Assembly (NCBI GenBank): GCA_951406725.2
Contig: OX597832.1
Location: 59,334,001-59,398,000, forward strand
DNA length: 64,000 nucleotides
Origin: Octopus vulgaris
Lineage: Eukaryota
Direction of reading: 5' to 3'
Shown: positions 1 to 13,527 of the stretch, piece by piece
Layout of the letters: each line of letters starts with the position of its first letter
Numbering within the stretch: the first letter of the stretch is position 1
Notes under the pieces: model-generated
Told to the model about the DNA's origin: nothing
The model's database searches: none
What the model saw: only the letters and a program-made list of their open reading frames with translations
Program-made: the position numbers and the translations under genes

Positions 1-1433
1 TGTGGCAAAGAAAGCCATTCGAAAGTGTCAAACTACCATCTAAACTTCTCCGAGTAATTTTCGCTCTTGTTTTGTGCACAATCCCGGAAGTTTTTGAGAA
101 GAGGTGCATATCGGTTGCATCGACCCCAGTACTTATCTGGTACATATTTTATCGATCCAGAAAGGACGAAAGGGTAAGTCGACCTCGGCAGTATTTGAAC
201 CAAGAACTTAAAATAGCCAGAGGAAATGCCATCAGCATTTTCTACGACGCGCTAACTATTCCGCCAATTCCGATCAACTAATGATAATTTCTTCGACAAA
301 CGCAAGGTCACAAATGTGAAAGGAATCGGATGTAGACGATCAAGTTGACCGCAGTAGCTGACTGGTACTTTATTTCATTGATTCTGAAGAGATGCAATGC
401 AAAGTCAACTTCGGTAGCATTTGATCTCAGTGACATTAAATCGATTTCGAAAGGATACAAGAAGAATGGAAATTGGCGGAGTTTTAGCTCGGTCCATAAA
501 GGAATGGCATTAATCACCACAAGGCATTATACCCAGAGCTCGACCAATCATGGCCTTTACGTCTCCTGTTGATGACATTTTCTAACTTTGGCATACAGCC
601 ACAGGATTTTTGAACGGATTTGGCATATGTTGATTAAAAGCATTTCACGGATGCTTAAAGCAACGACTTCATAGAGATATAAGTCACAGAAGAACTGTAC
701 GCGAAGCGAACTCTGGACGCAAAGAGACACAACGGACGTCTCCACTAATCTCTCTACTGTCCTAGTTATATTGTTAATAATATCAACATATCGGACTTCC
801 ATTAATCCTTCTTATCCTAAATCTTATGACTGACAAGGCTTAATAATAAGATCTTTATTAATCCTGTCCGTGACAAGAGTTTCGGCGATTATTAATCGCG
901 TAGATAATCTCAATATTCGTTGACATTTCGTTAGAGCTTTTTCTCTTCTAACCCAATTTCCTATTTATATTTGGATTTCACGAGCAGTGATATAGAGCAA
1001 GATGGCCGCTTACAGCTATGGTTACTTTGTACCGAACTGGCTGTGACACACTTTCAGCATACGGATCGAGGCTGCTTTATTTCATTTACTCAGAGTTAAT
1101 AGTGTCATCAGAACATAGACAAAATAATAATACTTATTCTCCTTAATTTAGCAATTGAGGACATTTTTACCGGACAAAAATTTAAAAGAAATGTAATAGT
1201 TGCTAACATGTGTGCGAGTGTGTGTGTGTGTTTGCGCGCGCGCGCATGTCTATGTGTGTGTCCATTTATATATATCTGCATATGTATATTACGGAGATGT
1301 ACTTGCATAGCAAGTAACTTGATCTGAGATCGTGTGCTGAAACAAAAAGAAAAAATTGCAGCGTGGAAGGTATTTGTAAGCCATTTAAAACACACACAAA
1401 AGCCGTAAGATTTACTTCAACATTTAAATTTAA

Positions 1434-1484
1434 TTTGTCAAAATGTTTTCGTCGCTTTAAGACCGCGACTTGTTCACTGGCAAA
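1434..1484 (-). ncRNA. Hammerhead variant with G3-C8 core (repeat family also at 7668-7718 and 7916-7966)
   Basis: Reverse complement: tttgcca-GTGAACA-A-GTCGC-ggtcttaaa-GCGAC-GAA-AACATT-T-TGACAAA. Confidence 0.65.
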
Positions 1485-1859
1485 ATTCCGTGCTGCATCT
1501 GTATGTGTGTATATGTATATATGTGTGTATATGTACGCATACACACACACACATTCACACACACACACACACACGCACTCATATCATCAGTCCGATGATA
1601 GCTTAGCTTCGAAGTCCCTGTCAATCGTATTCTTTTTAAAGAATTAGAAATTTAGAAGTAATGCTTATCGCCACATCAATATGGTTGTTTAACGTCCCTA
1701 CCGATTTAACCTCGGGCAGATCCTCCACCAGCTGGTTACTGGTGCAACCTGAAAGGATGAAAGACAAAGTCGACCTCGGCGGAATTTGAACTCAGAACAT
1801 AAAGATGGATAAAATGCCATTTTACCGGACGTACTAACGATTCTGCCAGCTTTCCGCCC

Positions 1860-1860
<1 letters not shown>

Positions 1861-1925
<65 letters not shown>

Positions 1926-1963
1926 TGATGGTGATGATGATGATGATAATAATAATTATAATG

Positions 1964-2033
<70 letters not shown>

Positions 2034-2120
2034 TAATAGTAGAAGCAGCAGCAGCAGCAGTAGTTGTAGTGGCAGCAGCAGTAGTAGTAGCAGCAGCAGC
2101 AGCAATAGCACCAGCAACAA

Positions 2121-2185
<65 letters not shown>
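1861..2185. repeat. Compound trinucleotide microsatellite (AAT/GAT/GCA/GTA)n
   Basis: Read directly from the sequence. Confidence 0.95.
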
Positions 2186-2186
<1 letters not shown>

Positions 2187-2506
2187 GTCTGGCATGCCAT
2201 TAATGTCTTCACCTAGTTTGTGCCTGTGTATGTTTGTGTGCGTATGTGTGTTTTATGTCTGTGCTTGTTCCCACACACATCCCTGCTTGACAACCGGTGT
2301 CGATGCATTTACATCCCGGTAACTTATCGGTTCTCAAATGAGACCGACGGAGTATGTGTCTGGCTAAGCAAAATAATCGATTCAATGGATTGAAAATACT
2401 TCAACACGCTGCCTCAGCATGGCCGCTGTCTAATGAACGAAACAAGAAAAGGATGTGAAAGACAGCGAAGAGAGAAAGAACCGAGACAGAGAGGGCCAAG
2501 AGAGCA

Positions 2507-2542
<36 letters not shown>

Positions 2543-3720
2543 CGAAGAGGGCGAGAACAGATAGAGAGATCAGAGAGAGAGAGAGAGAGAGAAAGAGAGG
2601 GGGTGAAGGAATTGAATAAAAAGCGAGTGCGTACGTGTGTGTATTTAATTAAATGCATATGGAAGAAATTGTGTGTGTGCGTTCATGTCTATGTATTTGT
2701 TCCTTTTGTAAATATACATGGAAGGGTCTCAGAGAGAGGAGGGAGAGAGGAGGAGAGTGGAAAGAGGAGAGGGTGAAGCGGATACGAAAACTAACAGACA
2801 AAACACCAGGCATGTGCCCGGCATGTTTCAATAAGCTTCTAAAATCTTACTTCATTTCGCTGTGTATGTATGTACGTATGCATGCATGTGTGCATGTATG
2901 TAGGCACATATGTATGAATGTATGTATGAATGTATGTATGTATGTAGGTATATGCTAATAATGTTTAGCATATTAAAAGAAAACATACAATTCAAGAAGG
3001 CATGGATTGACGGTTGTATAGGGGGTAAATAAAAGACAGGAAATTGCTAAGCGTCCCGGTAGCTTAACTAGGAATGTACTTGACTTCCAGAAAGTTCTTC
3101 GACTAATGCTTCGCTACTATCACCCCTCGTGTCTGTATGTTTACACATGTTCTCATTTACTATATGTAATAATTATAAAGCTAGCATATTATTAAATCAT
3201 TTCCTTAATTGCCTTCAAGCGATAGTAGCAAGCATGAAGTTCCACATAATCAGAAAGGAAGTGCAATTGAAAGGGTTTTCTGTGTAACTAAATGTCTGCT
3301 AATAAATGAGTCGCGCGTGCCGTAAACCAAAGCGTAAATCACACCGCCGATTCTTCTCACCCATCTTGGCAATATTAAGCTCACCCGTAAAGCCGCGAGC
3401 TGGCAGAAACGTTGGCACGCCGGGCGAAATGCTCAGCAGTATTTCGTTCGTTTCTACGTTCGGAGTCAAAAATCCGCCGGGGTCGACTTTGCCTTTTATC
3501 CTTTCGGGGGTCGAAAATTTAAGTACCAGATCTCATCGACTCTCGGGCCCTGTGCCTAGAGTAGAAAAGAATATTAAGTTCACCCGTAAAGTGGCGAGCT
3601 GGCAGAAACGTTAGCACGCCGGACAAAATGCTTAGTAGCATTTCGTCCCTCTTTACGTTCTGAGTTCAAATTCCGCCGCGGTCCATTTTGCTTTTCATCC
3701 TTTCGGGGTCGATAAATTAA

Positions 3721-3790
<70 letters not shown>

Positions 3791-3791
<1 letters not shown>

Positions 3792-4251
3792 CCAAAAAAT
3801 GAAAATACAACAACACATACATATAAAATATGGAAGGAAAATAATAAAGATATAGACTTGGATACAGCAATGAACCCTAATAAATTAGCTAACGTACGAA
3901 GATACATTCTCAACACAAAAATATATCAGAAATAGAAATAGAACACCTAAAAGAAAACATGCACCAGGAAAATGTAGATAGAAGCCACACAATAATGCCC
4001 AATAATATAAACACTGAGTAGGTGCATTAGGCATGATAAAAAAATATTCAGACAAATACATAACAAAAACACCAGGACTTACAAACACATATAACATACA
4101 GAAAATTGCACTACTAGGCACTGCACACATCCTACGCAGAACACTTTCCATACAATAACCATCAGAGCATCACAACAAATCACAGCACATACCAAGGCAC
4201 ACAGAGCTGCGCTCGGTAGTGAAGTGAAAGCACGCTATAAAAATAAAACTA

Positions 4252-4254
<3 letters not shown>
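3791..4254 (+). mobile_element. Internally deleted R4/Dong-like non-LTR retrotransposon in a (TAA)n tract
   Basis: 4018-4158 translates to VGALGMIKKYSDKYITKTPGLTNTYNIQKIALLGTAHILRRTLSIQ*, the C-terminus of a restriction-like endonuclease. The 5' part encodes ...KIWKENNK...NPNKLANVRRYILNTK..SEIEIEHLK, resembling an R4/Dong N-terminus. (TAA)n lies on both sides (3722-3790, 4255-4298), the known Dong target. Confidence 0.85.
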
Positions 4255-4299
<45 letters not shown>

Positions 4300-4569
4300 T
4301 CTTTCTACAAAAGGCACAAGGCCTGAAATTTTGAGGGCGAAAATAAGTCGGTTACGTCAACCGTTGTGCGTAACTGGCAGTTATTTCATTTACCCCCGAA
4401 AGGATTAAAAGGTAAATTCGACTTCGGTGGAGTTTGAACTCAGACCATGATGACAAACTAAGCATCCTGTCAGTTCCCACCATTCCACAAATACGATGAA
4501 GAGATAGAATTTCTTTCAAATAATGAGGCATCTTTCTCCCGAACTCAACATAACGATGCACGGAGCAAA

Positions 4570-4644
4570 GGAAGCAGTAGCTGCAACAGCAGCAGCAGCA
4601 GTAGTTATAGTAGCAGTACCAGCAGCTGCAGCAGCAGCAGTAGC

Positions 4645-4685
<41 letters not shown>

Positions 4686-4891
4686 CAGCAGCAGTAATAG
4701 TAGTAGTGCTGGTGGTGGTAGTAGTAGTAATAGTAGAAGTAGTAGTAGTAATAGTAGCAGTAGTGGTGGTGGTAGTAGTAATAGTAGTAGTAGCACTAGT
4801 AGCAGTAATTGTAGTAGTGGTTGTGGTGGTGGTGGTAGTAGTAGTAATAGTAGCAGTAGTATTAGTATTAGTGGTGGTGGTGGGTGTGATG

Positions 4892-4949
<58 letters not shown>

Positions 4950-5103
4950 CAACACCAGCACCACCACCTCCTCCACCACCACTACCGTCACCATTTCTGC
5001 CATTATCGCCAACAACACCAACGGCATCACCACCACCACCACCACCACCACCACAACCACCACCACCAGCAACAACAACAACAACATCAGCATCAGCATC
5101 AAC
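4570..5103. repeat. Compound trinucleotide tract (GCA/GTA/GTG then CAC/CAA)
   Basis: Read directly; source of the spurious poly-V/T/L ORFs. Confidence 0.95.
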
Positions 5104-5731
5104 AGCGCCACCTTCAAGTCCAACGCCAGATTCTTCACGCTTCTGCAGGAGAAATTTCATTGCAACGTAAACGCATTGCTGGCCAAATAATTGGTTCGTT
5201 TCGGCTTGACTGTCATGCGCAAGAACTAAGCTTTCAAGTAACTCGTAAAGAGGCCAGCCGATGGCTTTACTGGTGTGAAGTAGATTTCCACTGTGGCGGT
5301 GTCGTTAGATGGCGCTTCTATTACTATTATGGCCGCTGTCTTGTGAATGTTTAATGTAGCTGAATTGTTTTACGGTAATGGTCGTGTGTGACGGCTATAC
5401 AGCTAATATGTAGAGAAGTTTTGAGTTAGGTAACCTTTTACATGTTGCCAGGATTTGAAGGAGATCAGTTCCTATCATAAAAGTTTAATTAAGTCGCGTT
5501 GGGTATAATAGAGCCGATGAGGGATAGAGCAAAGCAATGTGCGTATGGGTGTTTGTGTGTGTGTGTGTGTGTGTTTGTGTATGTGTGTATGTGTGTGTGA
5601 GGGTGCCTTGTTGAAGGATTATATGTAAGAAGGAAAATTTTGTGACCTGTTGAAAGGGGATTTCATCTGCGACGACTTTCCGTTTGTTGTATTAATATAT
5701 ATATATATACGCATATGTGCACATGAACATA

Positions 5732-5771
<40 letters not shown>

Positions 5772-5889
5772 AACACACACAAGCACACAAAACTATATAC
5801 AAAGAATAAACATACACAAGCATACGTATATACATTTAACATTCATAAATAACTACAAACATGTATAATAGCAGATATATCTTCCTTCC

Positions 5890-5973
<84 letters not shown>

Positions 5974-6031
5974 TACATATATATAATATATATACAGTAC
6001 TTCTTGTGTGTATAGGTAAACATATATCTAT

Positions 6032-6075
<44 letters not shown>

Positions 6076-6300
6076 TTATTTGTATAATTAATTAATAAGG
6101 GTGAGAAAGTCAGTACGCTATTAATGAATTAAATGTAATTTTACTTACAAAAAAAATCCATTTGTAGCTCGTCAGCCAAAACTATCTGGATGAAATCCAC
6201 TCAATCACACGCCAGATTTTACCATAACGATAAATACGCGTGTGGTTCAATTGATTACATCCGACGTTATAATTCAAATGCCCCAACTAACAGCGCGCCA

Positions 6301-6383
6301 TTTGGCTGACGAGCTACAAATGGATTTTTTTTTTGTAAGTAAAATTACATTTAATTCATTAATAGCGAAACAATTGTCCCAAA
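6301..6383 (+). ncRNA. Type-I hammerhead ribozyme (535-bp family)
   Basis: tttgg-CTGACGA-GCTA...TAGC-GAA-ACAATTGT-C-ccaaa; predicted GUC cleavage after 6378. Confidence 0.85.
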
Positions 6384-6838
6384 ATAATCTGTATTTTTGT
6401 TATTTTTTATTTGCCCTGTCCGTGTGAGCTAACAATCGTACTGACTTTCATGGGAAACATGTATTTTCGTGGTTGAAACCTTTTGGATTAACTGGTGCTA
6501 GAGTGAGCAATATAGTGACCACTCTCTTATATTTATTTTGTAAAAAATATTATAATATGTTATAAAATATTATAATAATCCAGGTTTCTCGTAGCACTAG
6601 GCCACTTGGTGTTGAATAGATATACTATTAAATTAGTATCTAATTCTCTCACCCTTATTAATTAATTATAATTATGCTGCATTTATTTCTAAATGCTGTA
6701 TTTGTTTTCCGTGAAAGTTTGGCGCGCTGTTAGTTGGGGCATTTGAATTATAACGTCGGATGTAATCAATTGAACCACACGCGTATTTATCGTTATGGTA
6801 AAATCTGGCGTGTGATTGAGTGGATTTCATCCAGATAG

Positions 6839-6921
6839 TTTTGGCTGACGAGCTACAAATGGATTTTTTTTGTAAGTAAAATTACATTTAATTCATTAAT
6901 AGCGAAACAATTGTCCCAAAA
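6839..6921 (+). ncRNA. Type-I hammerhead ribozyme (535-bp family)
   Basis: ttttgg-CTGACGA-GCTA...TAGC-GAA-ACAATTGT-C-ccaaaa; stem I extends as cagatagttttgg/ccaaaataatctg. Cleavage after 6915, 537 nt from the previous site. Confidence 0.88.
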
Positions 6922-7078
6922 TAATCTGTATTTTTGTTATTTTTTATTTGCCCTGTCCGTGTGAGCTAACAATCGTACTGACTTTCATGGGAAACATGTA
7001 TTTTCGTGGTTGAAACCTTTTGGATTAACTGGTGCTAGAGTGAGCCATATAGTGACCACTCTCTTATATTTATTTATT

Positions 7079-7147
<69 letters not shown>

Positions 7148-7667
7148 AAGGGTATATTCTTTTATTCTTTTGTTTCAGTAATTTGACTGCGGTCATACTG
7201 GAGCACCGCTTCAAAGGACTTTTAGTCGAGGAAATCCACCCCAAGACTTATTCTTTGTAAGCCTAGTACTGCTAATTTACCGCTAAGTTACGAGGACGTA
7301 AACACACCGACATCGGTTGTCAAATAAATTAGCGGTTCGGCAAAAGAAACCGATAGAAGACGTACTACACTTACAAAAGAATAAGTCCTGGGATCGATTT
7401 GTTTCGACTAAAGGCGGTGCTCCAGCATGACCGCATCAAATGACTGAAACAAGTAAAAGAATAAAAGAATAAACGAAGATAGAATTGAAACCAAACGAAA
7501 TCAAGATTTGGCTATATACTGCCTCAGCCATAATAGTCACACCATTGGATATGTAGCAACTATTTCATTGATATCTTTATAAACATACAATTGCAGCGTG
7601 GAAGATGTTTATAAGCCATTTAAAAACACGTAAAAACCGTTTGATTCACTTCAGCATTTAAATTTTA

Positions 7668-7718
7668 TTTGTCAAAATATTTTCGTCCCTTTGAAACCAT
7701 GACCTGTTCACTGACAAA
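7668..7718 (-). ncRNA. Hammerhead variant with G3-C8 core
   Basis: Reverse complement: TTTGTCA-GTGAACA-G-GTC...GAC-GAA-AATATT-T-TGACAAA (7-bp stem I, palindromic AATATT). A third, decayed copy lies at 7916-7966. Confidence 0.65.
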
Positions 7719-8820
7719 ATTGCTCTTTAGGGAGACTTAGGTTAGACACCCTATCTACACATCCCACTGGTGTAATGCTGAGACAAGTCACCGAAGCTGT
7801 CTCTATACAGGAATACAAACCCATATATATATATACAATTGAAGCGTGGAAGGTGTTTATAAGCCATTTAAAAATACGCAAAAACCGTCCGATTCACTTC
7901 AACATTTAAATTTGATTCATCAAAATATTTTCGTCGCTTTGTAACCGCGACCTTTTCACTGACAAAATTCCGTGCTAAAGTCTAAGGGAAGGCTCTTGGT
8001 TTTGTTGTTCATGGCTTCTGTTCACGATCGTGAAGTATGGGTTTGATTACTGACGGCGCTTTGTATCCTGGAGTTCATTCAGCTGAGAGAGGAGTTATAC
8101 CAGTAATTGAAAGTGCCAGCCTTGTCACATTCTATATCATGCTGAATTTCCCAGAGAACTATTTGATAGGACTTGTGGTTGGCTCAGAAAACTTCCTTGC
8201 GTGTTAATATCATGAACAGACCGTTCCGTTGATTATATTAACTGGAACATTCGTCGTACCTGACGAAGTGCCAATTTTCAAACAGCTTAAGATTCCTTGT
8301 TTGTTCTGAATTTTTAATTAATCCGTGGTGCTTTCGTTTTCATTTATATCAGATTTTGTTAATCTTTACGTTCTACCAGACACATACAACCTCTACTGTG
8401 AAGCGAGCTACAGGAAACATTACACATAAACAAGGCAACCCGCACTACAAATAAAAGTATGCCTATGTTATATTCTTCGTGGCGTTAGGCAGTCCATTCA
8501 GAAAGTCCAGTGGGATATTTATTTTAGCTGTTATTGGTCTAAATGTTTGCTGAAAATATTTTAACTTGCCATTTCTACACAGGATGTAAACCTATCATGA
8601 ATATTGAAGATTTCTGTCCCTATATCATTAATCAGATACTCAAGTATTTGCTATGCACCCCATCAGAAATCTGTTCAGATTCATAATCCAACTCTCCAGC
8701 ATCCAGTCAGACAGTTTTAAACTTCTCCAGAGTGGCCACATAACAAGGTGTTCTATACGAAATAAATATATACGCACATATTTATGTGTGTGTATTTATG
8801 AATATATATATATATTATAT

Positions 8821-9088
8821 ATAAAGGATCGTGGGTAAGGCCAGTACAATGCAAACTAAATGCAAGGCAAATCACAAGTAAACAAATATATGAATTAATG
8901 TAGACTTACCTTGTATTCAATATTTCGGGGTTATGAACCCATTTTCAAGAAATATTGAATGCAAGGTAAGTCTACATTAATTTATATATTTGTTTTCTTT
9001 GGATTTGCCTTGTATTTATTTTGCATTGTACTGGCCCCATAATCCTTTATGCAATATATTCGGTACAATGCTTCATAGTAATTATTCC

Positions 9089-9095
<7 letters not shown>
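8821..9095. mobile_element. Fold-back element (about 105-bp inverted arms, 8821-9050) with a hammerhead-like centre, in (TA)n
   Basis: Arms ataaaggat...ttcaatatttc and gaaatattgaa...atcctttat. Minus strand at about 8914-8953: ttc-TTGAAAA-T-GGGTT-cat-AACCCC-GAA-ATAT-T-gaa. Confidence 0.7.
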
Positions 9096-9160
<65 letters not shown>

Positions 9161-9192
9161 ATGTATGTATGTATGAATGTATGTATGTATAT

Positions 9193-9363
9193 AGGCGTAG
9201 GAGTGGTTGTGTGGTACGAAGCTTGCTTCCCAACCTCGTGGTTCCAAGTTCCAGGTTCAGTCCGACTGCGTGGCACCTTGGACAAGTCTCTTCTACTATA
9301 GCTTCGGGCCGACCAAAGCCTTATGAGTGGATTTGGCAGACGGAAATTGAAAGAAGCCCGTCG

Positions 9364-9429
<66 letters not shown>

Positions 9430-9610
9430 CCTGTTCCCACACATCACCACTTGACAACCGCGTTAACTTAGCAGTTCGGCAAGAGTGACCGACAGAAAAA
9501 GCACCAGTCTTGAAAGGTAAGTATTGGAGTCGATTCATTCGTCTAAAATCCCTTCAAGGCGCGGGGCTCTAGCGTGGCTGCAGTCTAATGACTGAAACAG
9601 GTAAGCGATT
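9193..9610 (+). mobile_element. SINE family C (CORE-like central motif, internal (TA)n(TG)n)
   Basis: ggcgtaggagtggttgtgtggta..ggttcagtcc.actgcgtggcaccttgg(g)caagt..gaaagaagcccgtcg-(TA)n(TG)n-..aatgactgaaaca. Other copies at about 2240-2445, 7155-7475 (inverted pair), 16107-16266, 23085-23275(-), 25509-25935, 29323-29660, 32490-32715, 36485-36600, 39820-40020, 51019-51420, 58965-59098(-) and 61335-61450(-). Confidence 0.8.
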
Positions 9611-9611
9611 A

Positions 9612-9712
<101 letters not shown>

Positions 9713-10288
9713 CACATATATATATATGCTTCTTATGTATGCACGTCATGTCGTTTATAGATTCGTGTACGTCATCATATCTGCATGTATCTTGTAACTA
9801 TATATAAGCTTGTACACATCTAATTCATCTTCATTTCCTCTAATTGTACTATTTCCGGTTCTTCAATTACACTGGCTTTGTTACAATTTCCATATTTCTA
9901 GCTGAACTTTAATCCACTTTGGTGGGGTTCCGACTCTGACTACTATCGTCTATCAGTATACGATACAGTATTGACAGTGCTGTAGTTCTAACAATGACTG
10001 CTGCCAAACACTGTTTGGTTAGGGTGGGTCGTTCTCAACGGAAATGCCGAATATATTAAAATTTGTAAAGATGGTCTGCAATTTGGTAGCATGTAGAGAC
10101 TAGAAACAAAAGATAGATAGTAATTAAGAATTGCATTAAGACGGTGAGCTGATAGAACCGCTAGTTTGCCGAACAAAATGATTAGCGGTATATCGTCCGT
10201 GTTTATGTTCTGAGTTCAAATTCCGCCTCGGCCGTTTTTGTCTTTTATTTTTAATGTAATCGACTTACCTCATACTCGAAACTGTTGG

Positions 10289-10666
10289 TCGCAATGGCCC
10301 AGTGGTTAGGGCAGCGGACTCGCGGTCATAGGATCGCAGTTTCGATTCCCAGACCGGGCGTTGTGAGTGTTTATTGAGCGAAAACACCTAAAGCTCCACG
10401 AGGCTCCGGCAGGGGATGGTGGTGATCCCTGCTGTACTCTTTCACCACAACTTTCTCTCACTCTTACTTCCTGTTTCTGTTGTGCCTGTATTTCAAAGGG
10501 CCGGCCTTGTCACTCTCTGTGTCACGCTGAATATCCCCGAGAACTACGTTAAGGGTACACGTGTCTGTGGAGTGCTCAGCCACTTACACGTTAATTTCAC
10601 GAGCAGGCTGTTCCGTTGATTCGGATCAACCGGAATCCTCGTCGTCGTAACCGACGGAGTGCTTCC
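10289..10666 (+). mobile_element. tRNA-derived SINE family B
   Basis: gcaatggcccagtggttagggcagcggactcgcggtc..gtttcgattcccagaccgggcg (A/B boxes) plus a shared body gagcgaaaacacctaaagctccacgaggctccggcag. Confidence 0.85.
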
Positions 10667-11241
10667 ATCCAGGTCTTTTGCCAAAATTTGAAAATAATAT
10701 TCAAATAAGTTCTTCCGTAAAGCGGCGATGTAGTAGAACCGTTAGCAAGCTTGGAAAAATACCTAGCAGTATTTCGCCAGTCTTGATGTTCTGAGTTCAA
10801 ATTCCGCCGTGGTCGACTTTGTCTTTCATCTTTAATGTAATCGACTTACCTCATACTCGAAATTGCTGGCCTTGTGCCAAAATTTGAAATTAAGAGTAAG
10901 AATATACAGGCCTTATACTAATTTTGAATTTTGAATATACGGCCTCTTACTCCATTTCGAAATATCCTTGGATCGAAACTCCACTACGTTCAATATTATT
11001 TTCCTTCGTTACCAAAAATTATATGGAGCAAAGATCTTTTACCAGCCTCAGACAATAGACATTCTATAGTTATGCTTTGCTAGGTCTTACCTGGAATAAA
11101 ATAGAATTTTGTACATTAAGTGGTATTTTCCGATGTGCAATTCTAGTAAGAAGACTAAGAATATATTTTTCTACCAGGAATACCGCTGCACTTTAGTTCT
11201 CTTCAGTCGAAGGATTATTCGGTGCTAATGAACCACAAGTG

Positions 11242-11290
11242 TGACGTAATGCGCTGAGAGAGATGGCGGAAGTTACGTCAGGCGGGCGAG
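11242..11290. promoter_or_regulatory. Candidate promoter motif cluster (CRE/ATF x2, YY1, ETS, GC box)
   Basis: TGACGTAA (11242), AGATGGCGG (11261), CGGAAGT (11267), TTACGTCA (11273) and GGCGGG (11281) within 50 bp of non-repetitive, CpG-rich sequence. Confidence 0.45.
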
Positions 11291-11861
11291 AATGCGCCTT
11301 GAGATTTATAATGATGAGGATTCATATCTGGTGGCTATTGGAACATGATTGGTTTAAGTTATATACAGTTATCTCTCTTGCGGGATGAGACAATTAGGTG
11401 CAGATTTTTAGATACGGATTATTCGGAACGGCTGGTTGGGAGTTCAACCTGTTTTGGCAATGGTACATTTTGGTGCAGGAGGCAAACAGATGCGTGCGCA
11501 GAGAAATATTTGCAGAGCGAAAAATTCAAAGAGAAAGTGGTAGAGAGAGAGAGAGAGTGAGCGAGAGATTGCAGTTTATTAATTGAGCATCACTGACATA
11601 AATATTTCGTCTTCCTCATACACAAAGAGAAATATGCTCACACACATGAACAGAGAGGAAGAGAAAAAGAAGAAGAGAGAGACGAGTGGGAAAGAGGGAC
11701 AGAAACATTATTGCATCTGATGTCAAATGTGGCAGGATCACTGACGCCAAATAGACGACGCCGTAACAGCTGTGCAAGAACGTCTCATACCACTTTTGTA
11801 TTCGTGAGTACGTAGTTTAAAACAGTAGAACTTGAGTTCTAGGGTTTTAAACCGAATAAAA

Positions 11862-12306
<445 letters not shown>

Positions 12307-12912
12307 TGAATAAACTACATTAGTCTATAGTTTCTCTATTCCTACCATACAAATTTCATGAATGTTGTTGTGTAGAATTGCCTTTCCCGAAACCATAATA
12401 ATGAAGGATATAAGTAGTCAATGAGCCGACACTTTGAGATAATATCGGTCCTTTCACGAAGTCACTTTCTTAGCAAACATATTGATAATGAATAAAATGT
12501 CTTAGTTATGGCTCTAAATTATAGAACTTTGAATTCCGAATTCAAAGCATGTAATGCTAAATTTTCGGTTTTCATGAAATAAAGTACCAGAGTACCAGTT
12601 AATTACTGGGATCAACTTGAAAATCTTCGAAGAAATCTTACGTTTTACCGGAGGTAAAATAAAAGATTAAAAATAAAATTTAATCCAGCGCCATTCAATG
12701 CCATAGTTATTCCTAAGAAACTAATGTTTTGGGTGCCATATTTCCCTCCTCATCCATTCATTTCAGGTTCAAATGAATAACATTAATCTGAAATAAGAAA
12801 TAATTTAAACAGACGCAAGAGCCTTTCTAATATAACTCAATATTAAACATATCGAAATGTATCAATCATGTCTAACATCACGTACAACTGCGACATCGCT
12901 TTAATGTATTGC

Positions 12913-12983
<71 letters not shown>

Positions 12984-13259
12984 GACAACAACTACACAAG
13001 CAATATATTGCTATTTCGAACTCTGAAGAACGAGGGACAGGTTCCTGCAGAATTATACAACTATACACGCTTTCAATTCTACAGAGATACTAAATTGACT
13101 TCGTTTATTCCACAGTATATGACGAGGTGAGGGTGACATAGTGGGGGTGTGCATCGGTGTGACGGGTTCATGAATAATTTCTTCTACATATTCAAATATA
13201 TAGCTATGTATTATATGTGTGTGTATGTGTGTGTGTGCATGCGTGTGTGGCCGGTGTAG

Positions 13260-13319
<60 letters not shown>

Positions 13320-13480
13320 TATGTATATATATATATAGATATAGATAGATATGTATTTAGATATATATAGATGAATATATATAAATGTATGTGTATATGT
13401 GTATGTGTATCTATGTATAGACAAGCTTATATACATACATATATATACATATGTATGTATCTATGAATATATAAACATAA

Positions 13481-13527
<47 letters not shown>

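Larger units (their letters stand above)
6087..7070. mobile_element. Second locus of the ~535-bp hammerhead repeat (inverted 5' part + about 1.4 sense units)
   Basis: Near-identical to the 37.1-39.8 kb unit. Antisense pieces at 6087-6300, sense at 6301-7070. Candidate TSD tatttatttgtata at 6073-6086 and 7071-7084. Flanked by (TA)n. Confidence 0.9.

Noticed and set aside
4516-5170. 214/215/177-aa ORFs (poly-T/V/L/P)
   Set aside because: Open in several frames on both strands only because of stop-free trinucleotide repeats; no domain or splice evidence.
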